Position numbers and translations under genes: made by a program. The notes beneath the pieces are model-generated. The model was not told the DNA's origin, made no database searches, and saw only the letters and a list, made by a program, of their open reading frames with translations. Source: an uncultured Chloroflexia bacterium (GTDB lineage Bacteria; Chloroflexota; Dehalococcoidia; GIF9; AB-539-J10). From it: a stretch of 64,000 nt of DNA. Shown here one piece after another: positions 50,138-59,343 of this stretch (position 1 is its first letter; each line of letters opens with the position of its first letter). The stretch lies in NCBI GenBank assembly GCA_963769975.1, contig CAVYNS010000002.1, positions 280,769 to 344,768 of the forward strand, given 5' to 3'.

Positions 50138-50800
50138 TTAATGGGCTTTGAATACCAAAGCACCAACGGGGCAAACGGCAACGCACTCGCTACAGTCCTG
50201 ACAACAGGACCTACCCATAGGCTCATCTCCAAAAGTAGTGACCATCCTCCGGAAGCCACGGTGAGCAAAACCAATGGTTCCTTTGCCCAGTTTTTCCTGG
50301 CATACCCAGACGCACCTGCCGCAGAGTACACATTTGTTAGGATCATAAATGAACAGGGGACTGCTAGAATCTATGGGTAACTCAGGCAGGATTTTCCTGA
50401 ACCTTTTTGTTTTGAGCTTCACGTTGAAATGCTTGGCTAGTTGCTGAAGTTCACAGGAACCATTTTTGAGACAATGGGCGCAATCTACAGGATGACTAGC
50501 CAGGAGCAATTCCAAAGCGGTGCGGGCTAGCCTCAAGGCCTTGGCCCCTTTGGTATTAACTACCATTCCCTCTGCTACCGGAGTAGTACAGGCTGTAACT
50601 GGGTTATCCTTACCTTCTATCTCCACAAAGCAGAGACGGCAAGAAGCAAAAGGCTCGCTCTTTTCCCGAATAGCACAAAGGTTGGGGATGTAGATGCCAT
50701 TATTCAGAGCTACCCACAGGACCTTCTCACCTGGGGCAGCTCCTATTTTCTTACCATCTATCGTCAGAGAGACGTTTTTAACCTTTACCAGTACCCTCCC
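50138..50800 (-). CDS. NuoG/FdhA N-terminal-like iron-sulfur protein with a 2Fe-2S ferredoxin domain and a 4Fe-4S domain. The start codon is unresolved.
   Basis: The track ORF (50138..50626, GTG start) already begins inside the motif CRLCFVEIEG..ACTTPV. The same frame stays open up to the fhs stop at 50813-50815. That stretch encodes the conserved upstream part (VLVKVKNVSLTIDGKKIGAAPGEKVLWVALNNGIYIPNLCAIREKSEPFAS) but contains no ATG, GTG or TTG. A GGGGGAGG RBS lies at 50789-50796. Confidence 0.55.
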   Translation of the reverse strand, partial: GRVLVKVKNVSLTIDGKKIGAAPGEKVLWVALNNGIYIPNLCAIREKSEPFASCRLCFVEIEGKDNPVTACTTPVAEGMVVNTKGAKALRLARTALELLLASHPVDCAHCLKNGSCELQQLAKHFNVKLKTKRFRKILPELPIDSSSPLFIYDPNKCVLCGRCVWVCQEKLGKGTIGFAHRGFRRMVTTFGDEPMGRSCCQDCSECVAVCPVGALVFKAH

Positions 50801-50812
50801 CCTTACAACATC

Positions 50813-52573
50813 TTAGAACAGCCCCTGTACTTTGCCAGTCTTGGTATCAATATCTATCCTTCTAAAGGCTGGATCAGAGCTGGTGCCCGGCATCAAGCTG
50901 ATGGTGCCGGCGCAAGGACAAAGGAATTTGGCACCGGAGTAAATCAACACATCACGAATGGGCAGCATCCATCCCTTGGGAGTGCCCTTAATGGCCGGAT
51001 CGTGTGTTAAGCTCAGGTGAGTCTTCACCATCATAGTGGCGTATTCATCATATTTCTTATCTGCTTCAAATGCCTTGGCCTTGGCTTCAGCTTCAGGCGC
51101 CCAGGACACACCATCAGCACCGTAAACAACCTTGGCGATTTTGTCCACTCTGTCGCGTAACTTCATTTCATTGGGATAAAGGAATTTGAAGTCACTCTTC
51201 TGGTTGCAGGCTTCCATCGCAGCATCGGCTAACTCTAGTGCTCCATCGCCACCCTTGAGCCAGTGTTCGCTGAAAGCGCAGCGTGCCCCGGCCGCCTCGG
51301 CTGCCTTGCGCACCAGGGCGACCTCAGCCTTAGTATCTGTATGAAAGGAGTTGATGCACACCACCGGGTTAATGCCTGCCGTTTTGATGGTATTGATATG
51401 GTGCACCAGGTTGGCAAGCCCTTTCTCCAGGGTCTTCAAATCTTCTTTGGTGTAAGCATCAGGTAGTGGCAGTCCAGCTACAACCTTGGGGCCACCGCCA
51501 TGCATCTTTAATGCCCTGATGGTGGCAACCAGTATTGACACGTGTGGTTTGAGGCCGCTGTAGCGGCATTTGACATTCCAGAACTTCTCAAAGCCAATGT
51601 CAGCAGCAAAGCCGCTTTCAGTGACAACGTAGTCAGCCATCTTGAGGGCGATGCGATCGGCGATGATGGAGTTTTGGCCGACAGCGATATTGGCGAAGGG
51701 GCCGGCATGCACAAGGCAGGGTTGATACTCTGCGGTGCTGCACAAGGTGGGGTTAATGGCATTGCGCATAAAGGCAGTCATAGCGCCACCGACTTCAAGG
51801 TCACCGGTGGTAACCGGGTTACCCTTCTTATCATAGGCGACGGTGATCTCGTTCATTCTCTTACGCAGGTCTGCTAAGTCATTGACTATGGCGAGCATAG
51901 CCATGATCTCGGAGCTTACCGCGATACCGAATTTGGACTGCATCAGAAAGCCGTCCATCTTACCACCGAGGCCGATGATGATATTCCTCAGGCTCTGGGC
52001 ACAGAAGTCCATAATCCAGCCCATTTCTACTCTGGTCGGGTCCACATCCAGCCGGCGTAAGTTACGTTTGGCTAGTTCGGCGTCATCGTAGTTGCGCTCG
52101 TGCTGCATTCTAGCGGTAAGCGCTACCATGGCCAAGTTATGCGCATTCATAACGTCGTTGATGTCGCCGGTAAGTCCCATGGAGAATTCGGTCATCGGGA
52201 TAAGCAGCGCATTGCCGCCGCCGGCAGCCGTTCCCTTGATATTCATGGTGGGACCGCCCGAAGGCTGGCGAATGCAACCCATCACATTCTGCTTCCGTTT
52301 GCCCAGACCCTCCACCAGACCCATCAGGGTGGTTGTTTTGCCCTCGCCCAGTGGTGTGGGAGTAATAGCGGTCACTTCAATATACTTGCCATCTGGCTTC
52401 TTCTTGAGGCGCTCGATGATCTTTAAGAAATCCAGTTTGCTTATTCTCGCATAGGGAATAACCTCGTCCTTTTGCAGTCCCAGTTTCTTTTGCCACTCCT
52501 CGGGGGTGGGCATGTTTTTTTCCGCTTCCTCTGCAATCTCCCAGTCCTTCATTTTTGTTGCATCGTAAGCCAT
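50813..52573 (-). CDS. fhs: Formate--tetrahydrofolate ligase
   Basis: [11 protein letters not shown]-loop and a ...GLF C-terminus. Confidence 0.95.
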   Translation of the reverse strand: MAYDATKMKDWEIAEEAEKNMPTPEEWQKKLGLQKDEVIPYARISKLDFLKIIERLKKKPDGKYIEVTAITPTPLGEGKTTTLMGLVEGLGKRKQNVMGCIRQPSGGPTMNIKGTAAGGGNALLIPMTEFSMGLTGDINDVMNAHNLAMVALTARMQHERNYDDAELAKRNLRRLDVDPTRVEMGWIMDFCAQSLRNIIIGLGGKMDGFLMQSKFGIAVSSEIMAMLAIVNDLADLRKRMNEITVAYDKKGNPVTTGDLEVGGAMTAFMRNAINPTLCSTAEYQPCLVHAGPFANIAVGQNSIIADRIALKMADYVVTESGFAADIGFEKFWNVKCRYSGLKPHVSILVATIRALKMHGGGPKVVAGLPLPDAYTKEDLKTLEKGLANLVHHINTIKTAGINPVVCINSFHTDTKAEVALVRKAAEAAGARCAFSEHWLKGGDGALELADAAMEACNQKSDFKFLYPNEMKLRDRVDKIAKVVYGADGVSWAPEAEAKAKAFEADKKYDEYATMMVKTHLSLTHDPAIKGTPKGWMLPIRDVLIYSGAKFLCPCAGTISLMPGTSSDPAFRRIDIDTKTGKVQGLF

Positions 52574-52603
52574 AATAACCTCCTTTGTGATTCCTTTTAT
52601 TTA

Positions 52604-53533
52604 TTATTTCTTCTTGCGCTCGGCTCTTCTCTCAGCCGCTACTACAGTGTTGACCAAAAGCATGGTAACAGTCATAGGCCCAAGTCCACCGGGGACAGGA
52701 GTAATCGCCTCAGCCTTCTCCTTTACAGGTTCGAAATCTATGTCCCCCACAGTCCTTTTTCCTGTTTTACTTGTTGGGTCATCAATCCAATTAGAACCAA
52801 AATCCATGGCAATCACGCCCTGCTTTACCATGTCGGCGGTGAGAAACTTTGGCTTATTTACGGAAACCACCACTACATCGGCTCGACGAGTATAGGAGGA
52901 TAGATTCCGCGTGGAGGGTTGGCAAAGAGTGACATTAGCCCCTACTTTCTCTTGAGCCAATATCGAGGCTAGAGGTTTCCCTACAAGATTATCCACATTC
53001 ACAATCACAACCTCCTTGTCTTTAAGGTTGCTATATCGATACCGAACTAGCATCTCCCAGATACCGGTTGGCGTTGCCGGAAGAAACGCTTCTTGCCCCA
53101 TCCAGGCCTTGCCCACATTCACAGGGTGAAATCCATCCACGTCTTTCTCTGGGAGAACAGCATTTAATGCTTTGTTTTCATCTAAATGTCCGGGGAGGGG
53201 GAGCTGAATAAAAATGCCGTGGATTTTAGGGTCCTCATTGAGACGCTCAATTTCCTTGAGCAAATCTTCTTGTTTCGTATTCTGGGGTAATCTCACCATC
53301 CTTGAACTGATGCCCAGCTCCTCGCTTGCCTTTTCTTTAAGCCCGATATAGGATGCCGAGCCTGGGTCTTCGCCAACAAGGATGCCAGCAAGCCCGGGAG
53401 TTATTCCCTTTTCCTTAAGCCTGGCTACCCTTTCTTTCAGCTCCTCTCTTATTTCCGTGGATAATTTCTTTCCATCAAGTATATTACCTGGCATATCAAC
53501 ACCTCCCAGAAGATTTGTGGGCTCACCGGCCAA
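52604..53533 (-). CDS. folD: Bifunctional 5,10-methylene-THF dehydrogenase/cyclohydrolase FolD, downstream paralog
   Basis: ILVGEDPGSASY..HGIFIQLPLP and C-terminal PVPGGLGPMT motifs. Confidence 0.9.
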   Translation of the reverse strand: MAGEPTNLLGGVDMPGNILDGKKLSTEIREELKERVARLKEKGITPGLAGILVGEDPGSASYIGLKEKASEELGISSRMVRLPQNTKQEDLLKEIERLNEDPKIHGIFIQLPLPGHLDENKALNAVLPEKDVDGFHPVNVGKAWMGQEAFLPATPTGIWEMLVRYRYSNLKDKEVVIVNVDNLVGKPLASILAQEKVGANVTLCQPSTRNLSSYTRRADVVVVSVNKPKFLTADMVKQGVIAMDFGSNWIDDPTSKTGKRTVGDIDFEPVKEKAEAITPVPGGLGPMTVTMLLVNTVVAAERRAERKKK

Positions 53534-54407
53534 CCATCTTCTCAGCGGCTCTTACAGTATTAGCTACCAGCAATGCTGAAGTCACTGGACCAGTGCCACC
53601 GGGGACAGGAGTTATCGCCCCTGCCTTCTCCTTCACTGCCTCGAAGTCCACATCCCCGACCAGCTTGAACTTTCCTGGATTTGCCGGGTCCTCTATTTGG
53701 TTCACTCCCACATCCACCACTATCGCCCCTTTTTTCACCATATCTGCGGTAATAGCCTTAGCCTTCCCCATAGCCGCCACCAGAATATCTGCTTGCTTGG
53801 CGATTGAGGCAAGGTCCTTGGTTCCAGTATGGCAGACAGTTACAGTGGCATTAGCGCCCTTCTGCTTTTGGACCAGAATACCCATCAACGGTTTCCCTAC
53901 TATGTTGCTCCGCCCGCAGATAACCACATGTTTGCCCTCAGGATTATGTCCACTGCGAACCAGCAGTTCCTGAACACCGTAGGGAGTTGAGGGGAAGAAG
54001 GTCTCTTCACCCAGCAGCAATTTCCCGGTGTTTACCGGGTTGGTGCCGTCAACATCCTTGTCAGGAGAGATGGCGCTCTCCGCGCTGAGAGTATTAAGAT
54101 GCTTGGGCAAGGGCAGCTGAAGGATAATACCGTGGCATTTAGGATCCTTATTGAGCTCTCCAATTTTTCTTTCCAGTTCCTCTTGGGCGACATTTTCCGG
54201 AAGTTTAACCGTATCAGTCAGTATTCCCACAGCTTCGCAGCCCTTGGCAATGCCACGAAGATAGGATAACGCAGCAGGGTCTTCCCCAACCAGAATGGCC
54301 ACGAGCTTTGGAGTCACCCCTTTTCCCTTCAATTTCTCTACCCTTTGTTTTAACTCCACACGAATGTCGTCCGCGATTTTCCTTCCGTCTATTATCTCTG
54401 CTGGCAT
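53523..54407 (-). CDS. folD: Bifunctional 5,10-methylene-THF dehydrogenase/cyclohydrolase FolD, upstream paralog
   Basis: ILVGEDPAALSY..HGIILQLPLP and PVPGGTGPVT. About 45% identical to the neighbouring copy. Confidence 0.9.
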   Translation of the reverse strand: MPAEIIDGRKIADDIRVELKQRVEKLKGKGVTPKLVAILVGEDPAALSYLRGIAKGCEAVGILTDTVKLPENVAQEELERKIGELNKDPKCHGIILQLPLPKHLNTLSAESAISPDKDVDGTNPVNTGKLLLGEETFFPSTPYGVQELLVRSGHNPEGKHVVICGRSNIVGKPLMGILVQKQKGANATVTVCHTGTKDLASIAKQADILVAAMGKAKAITADMVKKGAIVVDVGVNQIEDPANPGKFKLVGDVDFEAVKEKAGAITPVPGGTGPVTSALLVANTVRAAEKMVGR

Positions 54408-54428
54408 TTCTACCTCCCTTCTTAATTC

Positions 54429-55256
54429 TTAACTTACCGGTTTACCGATAAGTTCTGGCTTTACAGCACTAAGGTGTGCTGCAATATCCTGCACTCGACT
54501 GATGACCTCTGGACTGGAATTCATGAGAGGAAAATTGCCCAGACCAGCTTCTATTATACTCTGGTCGTAGGGAATAAAGCCCAGAAATTCAAAATCGGGC
54601 ATGGCGGAAATAAGAAATTTTCTGTCCTGTTCACTGCGAATTTTATTAGCGACCACCGCGATGTTTTTCAAACCTATGTCCTTTGCCAGTTCTCTTATCC
54701 TGTAGGCTGTTTCAACACTTCCTTTACCTGGCTCCACTACAATGATCATCTTGTCCACAGCTCTCGCTGTCGCCCGCCCCAGATGCTCGACCCCGGCCTC
54801 CATATCTATTATGACTACTTCATCTCTCCGCAGGAGTATGTGGGCAATTAAAGCTTCTAGTAAGGCATTTTCAGGGCAATAACAACCACTCCCACCCTTC
54901 TTCAATCTCCCCATCACCATTAATTTGATTCCATTATGCTCCACCCAATACTTTCCAGGTATATCATCAACTCTGGGGTTTAATTTGAAGTAAGAAGCTG
55001 CCTGGCCAGGACGTGCTCCGGTCCTCTCTTCAATCAGGTCTGCCATCTCAGATATAGGGGTTATCCTTTCGGGATGAGGAAAGCCGAGGGCAGTTGCCAG
55101 AGTAGCATTGGGGTCGGCATCTATAGCCAGAACAGAGTAACCAGACTGGGTAAGTGTAGTAGAAAGGATAGAGGCCAACATTGTTTTGCCCACCCCTCCT
55201 TTCCCGCTAATGGCAAGTTTCATTCCCAAACGACGAATTATATCCTGCAGCAACAA
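54429..55256 (-). CDS. cooC: CooC/AcsF-family P-loop ATPase (CO dehydrogenase/ACS nickel-insertion accessory protein, MinD-like)
   Basis: MKLAISGKGGVGKT deviant Walker A and MinD/ParA fold. The internal start at 55223 is more typical of the family. Confidence 0.75.
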   Translation of the reverse strand: MLLQDIIRRLGMKLAISGKGGVGKTMLASILSTTLTQSGYSVLAIDADPNATLATALGFPHPERITPISEMADLIEERTGARPGQAASYFKLNPRVDDIPGKYWVEHNGIKLMVMGRLKKGGSGCYCPENALLEALIAHILLRRDEVVIIDMEAGVEHLGRATARAVDKMIIVVEPGKGSVETAYRIRELAKDIGLKNIAVVANKIRSEQDRKFLISAMPDFEFLGFIPYDQSIIEAGLGNFPLMNSSPEVISRVQDIAAHLSAVKPELIGKPVS

Positions 55257-55490
55257 GAAAAATCAAGTCCGTAGCACCTATTATTTTACATCACACTGCT
55301 GACTCGGCAGGCGAGGTTGACAAGGCTGTGGTACATTAGTGCCCATATGCTGATTTGCTTCCCCTGCTATGCCGGGTGACACAGTTTGCCCGCAGGAAGC
55401 AAACGGTGATAGAATGCAATATCGAAGCTGCACCAGCCGGTCTACGCGGTCCATGTGGATACCATGTGTGTTTTTTGAGGGAGGCGCGAT

Positions 55491-56174
55491 ATGGCATATG
55501 GATATGAGATAAATGAACTGGCCAAGGAAGAATCTTGGCGAATGTTTCGCATAATAGGCGAATTTGTCGAGGGCTTTGATAAGCTCTCCGGTATCGAGCC
55601 GGCAGTAACCATATATGGTTCGTCCAGATTGAGGGTCGATGACAAGCTATATGCGGAGACGGAAGAAATAGCTTATCGACTTGGACAGTTGGGCTTCTCA
55701 ATTGTCAGTGGTGGGGGGCCGGGTGTAATGGAGGCTGCCAACAAAGGTGCACTGAGGGCTGGGGTTACATCGGTCGGGCTGAATATCTCCCTTCCCGAAG
55801 AACAGGTCTGTAATGCCTACACCACAAAGTCGATAACGTTCGACCACTTCTTTACTCGTAAAGTCATGCTGGTGAAATATGCCGTGGCCTTTGTCATAAT
55901 GCCAGGGGGCCTGGGTACGCTCGATGAACTGACAGAAGTGCTAACTCTAATGCAGACCCATAAGATAAAACCTTTTCCTATAGTATTGTTTAACAGCGAA
56001 TTTTGGAGGGGATTTCTGGATTGGCTGCGGGGTTTCGTCTTATTTAGGGAGTATATCTCTGAGGAAGATTTCGACCTGTTGAGGGTCCTGGATCGCCCTG
56101 ATGAGGTAGTTGAGGTTATCCAGCGGTGGCATGTTGGGCGTGAGGTTATTGGCAGGAAGGCCCTGTTCGAGTGA
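55491..56174 (+). CDS. LOG family protein (TIGR00730 Rossmann-fold nucleotide-binding; cytokinin riboside 5'-monophosphate phosphoribohydrolase-like)
   Basis: VTIYGSSR..GFSIVSGGGPGVMEAANKGA..MPGGLGTLDEL motifs. Confidence 0.8.
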   Translation: MAYGYEINELAKEESWRMFRIIGEFVEGFDKLSGIEPAVTIYGSSRLRVDDKLYAETEEIAYRLGQLGFSIVSGGGPGVMEAANKGALRAGVTSVGLNISLPEEQVCNAYTTKSITFDHFFTRKVMLVKYAVAFVIMPGGLGTLDELTEVLTLMQTHKIKPFPIVLFNSEFWRGFLDWLRGFVLFREYISEEDFDLLRVLDRPDEVVEVIQRWHVGREVIGRKALFE

Positions 56175-56245
56175 TCGCCCTGCCTTCGTTTCTCCTGCTG
56201 ATATACCTAATTGTCTGGGGAGGGCTCAATGCCCTCTTCGTTAGC

Positions 56246-56275
56246 TTGACATCAGGCGATTCGAGGTGCTAGAAT
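56246..56275 (+). promoter_or_regulatory. Near-consensus sigma70 promoter for the rplU-rpmA-rpmE operon (TTGACA-N17-TAGAAT)
   Basis: TTGACA at 56246-56251, a 17-nt spacer and TAGAAT at 56270-56275. Confidence 0.6.
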
Positions 56276-56301
56276 CCCCTTTTCTGTATGGGGGTGAGAA
56301 C

Positions 56302-56625
56302 ATTTACGCTATTATCGAAATAGGTGGCAAGCAGTATAAGGTAGCCCCAAAGCAAACAGTAGAAGTCGAGCGCTTAGATGTCCCGGAAGGCGACACAGTT
56401 GAGCTCAATAAAGTACTGTTTATTGGGGGAGATAAGGATACCCGGGTCGGGAATCCTATTATTAAGGGGGCTAAGGTTCTGGCCACTTCTTTAGGGGAAG
56501 CTAAGGGAGAAAAAGTTATCGTATTTAAATATAAGTCCAAAGTTCGCTACCGCAGGAAGACGGGACATCGCCAGACTCATACTAAAATACTAGTAAATGA
56601 AATTATTAAGGGTGAAGGAGAATAG
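56302..56625 (+). CDS. rplU: 50S ribosomal protein L21, probably starting at the ATT codon
   Basis: From 56302 the product reads (M)[13 protein letters not shown], the canonical L21 N-terminus. A GGGGGTGAG RBS lies 4 nt upstream. The track ORF begins at GTG 56266, which falls inside the promoter -10 region and cannot be transcribed from it. Confidence 0.8.
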   Translation: MYAIIEIGGKQYKVAPKQTVEVERLDVPEGDTVELNKVLFIGGDKDTRVGNPIIKGAKVLATSLGEAKGEKVIVFKYKSKVRYRRKTGHRQTHTKILVNEIIKGEGE

Positions 56626-56627
56626 GC

Positions 56628-56879
56628 ATGGCGCATAAAAAGGGCGGTGCCAGCTCAAGTTATGGACGTGATAGTGTATCTAAGCGTTTGGGAGTGAAGA
56701 AGTATGGTGGAGAACAAGTTCGCGCTGGAGCTATCCTGGTTCGGCAACGAGGGACTCGTATACTGCCGGGAGACAACGTTGGCCTGGGCAAAGATTATAC
56801 ACTCTTTGCCTTAATAGATGGCTGTGTTAAATATGAGCCGGCAACCAGATACAAAAAGAAGGTGAGCGTTTATAAATGA
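56628..56879 (+). CDS. rpmA: 50S ribosomal protein L27
   Basis: [24 protein letters not shown]. Confidence 0.9.
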   Translation: MAHKKGGASSSYGRDSVSKRLGVKKYGGEQVRAGAILVRQRGTRILPGDNVGLGKDYTLFALIDGCVKYEPATRYKKKVSVYK

Positions 56880-57079
56880 AGGAAAAAATCCATCCTAAAT
56901 ATTATGATAAAGCTAAAGTGACCTGTCTTTGCGGGAATACCTTCGCCATTGGTTCAACTAAGCCAGAAATCAGGGTAGAAGTATGTGGTAAATGCCACCC
57001 CTTTTATACGGGTGAACAAAGGATAGTTGACTCACTGGGCAGGGTGGAACGCTTCAAGAAGCGATATAAGATAAAGTAG
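56876..57079 (+). CDS. rpmE: 50S ribosomal protein L31
   Basis: [10 protein letters not shown]...CxC...CxxCHPFYTG. Confidence 0.9.
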   Translation: MKEKIHPKYYDKAKVTCLCGNTFAIGSTKPEIRVEVCGKCHPFYTGEQRIVDSLGRVERFKKRYKIK

Positions 57080-57301
57080 AATACATTCAACTTTCTATTC
57101 TTTATTTTGCCGGCATCTATTTGACCGCAGCGTGTTTACCTTTAAGTTTATTCTGGGAAACTAGAAATTCGTTAGGCGCCACTACTTGAGGAGCTGAACT
57201 TTATATTTTCCGCCGTTTTTATCATAATATGCTTAGGGGTTTTTCATGGTGAGACAAAATTATAGCCTTTGCTTTAGGCAGCTAAGGAGATTGAGACGCT
57301 A

Positions 57302-58198
57302 ATGGCAAAATCTTTTCATTACGGTGGCCAGGCAGTTATTGAGGGGGTGATGATACGGGGAAAGGAGGGCGTGGCTATATCTGTGCGTCAGCCCAATGGA
57401 GAATTAAGCATAGAAAGGCAGCCGCTGGCCAGTATATACAAAGGGCGTCTCAGAGAAATGCCTTTAATAAGAGGCATCATCGCTCTCATTGAAACCCTGG
57501 TTTTGGGCACGCAGTCATTACTTCACTCTGCTCAAGTTGCCGCGGCAGAGGAAGTAGGAGAGAAAATACCAACAGCGGTTTTATGGGGGACCGTAGCTGT
57601 GAGCCTTGCTGTGGGTGTAGCTCTCTTCTTCATGGTTCCTCTCTTTGCCACCCGCTACCTTATTGACCCCTACATCAATTCTAACTTATTGAGAAATGTC
57701 TTTGAGGGACTTATCCGTATTGGCATTTTCATCGCTTACCTCAAGTTGATAAGTTTAATACCTGATATTAAAAGAGTCTTTGCTTACCACGGAGCCGAGC
57801 ATAAAGTAGTGAATGCCTATGAAGCCGGCGTCCCTTTGGAAGTGGAGTCGGTTAAGAAATATTCTACTGCTCATGCTCGCTGCGGCACCGCCTTTCTATT
57901 TATCGTGCTCATCGTAGCTATTTTTGTCTTCGCCTTGGTTCCTCAGCCCACTTTATGGATACGCATATTGTCCCGCATAGCTCTCATTCCGGTCATCGCT
58001 GTTATTAGCTACGAGATTATGAAATTTGGGGCAAGCCATATTGATAACCCGATAGTCCGAATTCTCTTAGCCCCAGGGCTGTTGTTGCAAGCTATCACCA
58101 CCAGGGAACCTGACGATAGTCAAATAGAAGCTGCTATATCGGCACTAAATGAGGTCATCAAGATTGATGGTGCTGCTGATTCTAGCGGCAGTACATAA
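57302..58198 (+). CDS. DUF1385 domain-containing membrane-associated protein
   Basis: N-terminus MAKSFHYGGQAVIEGVMIRG and internal TM helices typical of DUF1385. Confidence 0.6.
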   Translation: MAKSFHYGGQAVIEGVMIRGKEGVAISVRQPNGELSIERQPLASIYKGRLREMPLIRGIIALIETLVLGTQSLLHSAQVAAAEEVGEKIPTAVLWGTVAVSLAVGVALFFMVPLFATRYLIDPYINSNLLRNVFEGLIRIGIFIAYLKLISLIPDIKRVFAYHGAEHKVVNAYEAGVPLEVESVKKYSTAHARCGTAFLFIVLIVAIFVFALVPQPTLWIRILSRIALIPVIAVISYEIMKFGASHIDNPIVRILLAPGLLLQAITTREPDDSQIEAAISALNEVIKIDGAADSSGST

Positions 58199-58205
58199 GG
58201 CTGTA

Positions 58206-58369
58206 TTGACAAGATAATACGGATTTGCTATTATATATAATAGCCATTGACCTTTGAGGCAGTGAGCTAAAGAACTGGATAGTTAAAAGTCCGCTTGGAT
58301 CGGCGGTGACCGAGACGGACAACAGGAGTTGTTGTGATAACCCTCTCGGTTATGTCGAGAGGGTTTTTT
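58206..58369 (+). ncRNA. Candidate cis-regulatory leader RNA (pan-motif-like riboswitch candidate) with its own promoter and an intrinsic terminator that sequesters the downstream SD
   Basis: TTGACA (58206-58211), a 17-nt spacer and TATTAT (58229-58234). About 100 nt of structured non-coding sequence follows. The terminator hairpin ccctctcg-gttatgt-cgagaggg plus TTTTTT (58341-58369) ends 5 nt before the ATG of the first gene of the pan operon. The 3' arm GAGAGGG is the only SD-like sequence. Confidence 0.45.
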
Positions 58370-58374
58370 AGTTT

Positions 58375-59343
58375 ATGGTTATGTACGGCGCTATAACGGA
58401 TGTTCCAGGAATTAAGGTCGGGCATTATACCGATAAGAAGGCAGTGACAGGCTGCACGGTAATACTTTGTGAGCCAGGGGCTGTGGCTGGCGTCGATGTC
58501 AGTGGCTCATCGCCGGGGACCAGGGAAACAGACCTGCTCCGACCGGGAAATTTAGTGGAAAGGGTTCAAGCTATCATTTTTAGTGGAGGCAGCGCCTTTG
58601 GCCTGGATGCTGCTACCGGGGTTATGAGGTATTTGGAGGAGCGAGGATTTGGTTATGAGACTAGCGCCGGGAGGGTGCCTATTGTGCCAGCCGCCATTAT
58701 TTTCGACCTGAATATAGGTGATTCTAAAATCAGGCCCGGAGCTAACGAAGGCTATCAAGCTTGCCAGGCTGCTATTAATGGCAAAGTAGCTGAGGGGTGC
58801 GTTGGCGCAGGCACCGGGGCCACAGTGGGCAAAATTCTCGGCGTAGAAAGGGCGGTTAAAAGTGGTTTGGGGACTGCCAGTCAAAAAATAGCCAGAGATG
58901 TTGTGGTAGCTGCCTTGGTGGTGGTAAATGCCGTTGGAGATGTGCTTGAACCGGGAACGGGGAAAATTCTGGCGGGACCTCGCAAGCCGGATGGAAGTGG
59001 GTTCTTATCTACATCCGAGTTATGGAAAGGCGACTTTAAGGAAGCAGTTCCACCTTTTAATACCGTAATCGGTGTAGTGGCTACCGATGCCAAACTTAGT
59101 AAAACAGAAGCAAACAAATTGGCCCACGTGGCACAGGTTGGCATTGCTCGCACTATTGACCCATGCCATACCATGTACGATGGCGATGCTTTATTCGCTC
59201 TTTCTTTAGGTGAAAAGGCAGCCGACATTAGTGCTCTGGGGGCAGCGGCTGCTGAGGTTGTCGCTGAAGCCATAGTTAGAGCAATTCAAAAGGCGGAAAC
59301 TTTAGCTGGTGTGCCAGCGGCTAAGGACATAAACAAATGTTAA
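58375..59343 (+). CDS. Peptidase S58 (DmpA/BapA family, Ntn-hydrolase aminopeptidase)
   Basis: GIKVGHYTD...GCTVIL N-terminus and a conserved Ser/Thr nucleophile region. The stop overlaps the next gene by 7 nt. Confidence 0.75.
   Translation: MVMYGAITDVPGIKVGHYTDKKAVTGCTVILCEPGAVAGVDVSGSSPGTRETDLLRPGNLVERVQAIIFSGGSAFGLDAATGVMRYLEERGFGYETSAGRVPIVPAAIIFDLNIGDSKIRPGANEGYQACQAAINGKVAEGCVGAGTGATVGKILGVERAVKSGLGTASQKIARDVVVAALVVVNAVGDVLEPGTGKILAGPRKPDGSGFLSTSELWKGDFKEAVPPFNTVIGVVATDAKLSKTEANKLAHVAQVGIARTIDPCHTMYDGDALFALSLGEKAADISALGAAAAEVVAEAIVRAIQKAETLAGVPAAKDINKC

Noticed and set aside
50813-50815. Programmed stop-codon read-through fusing Fhs to the downstream 2Fe-2S domain
   Set aside because: A GGGGGAGG RBS lies just after the stop, which argues for independent initiation. 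Read-through of TAA is the least likely explanation, so the unresolved start is reported instead.
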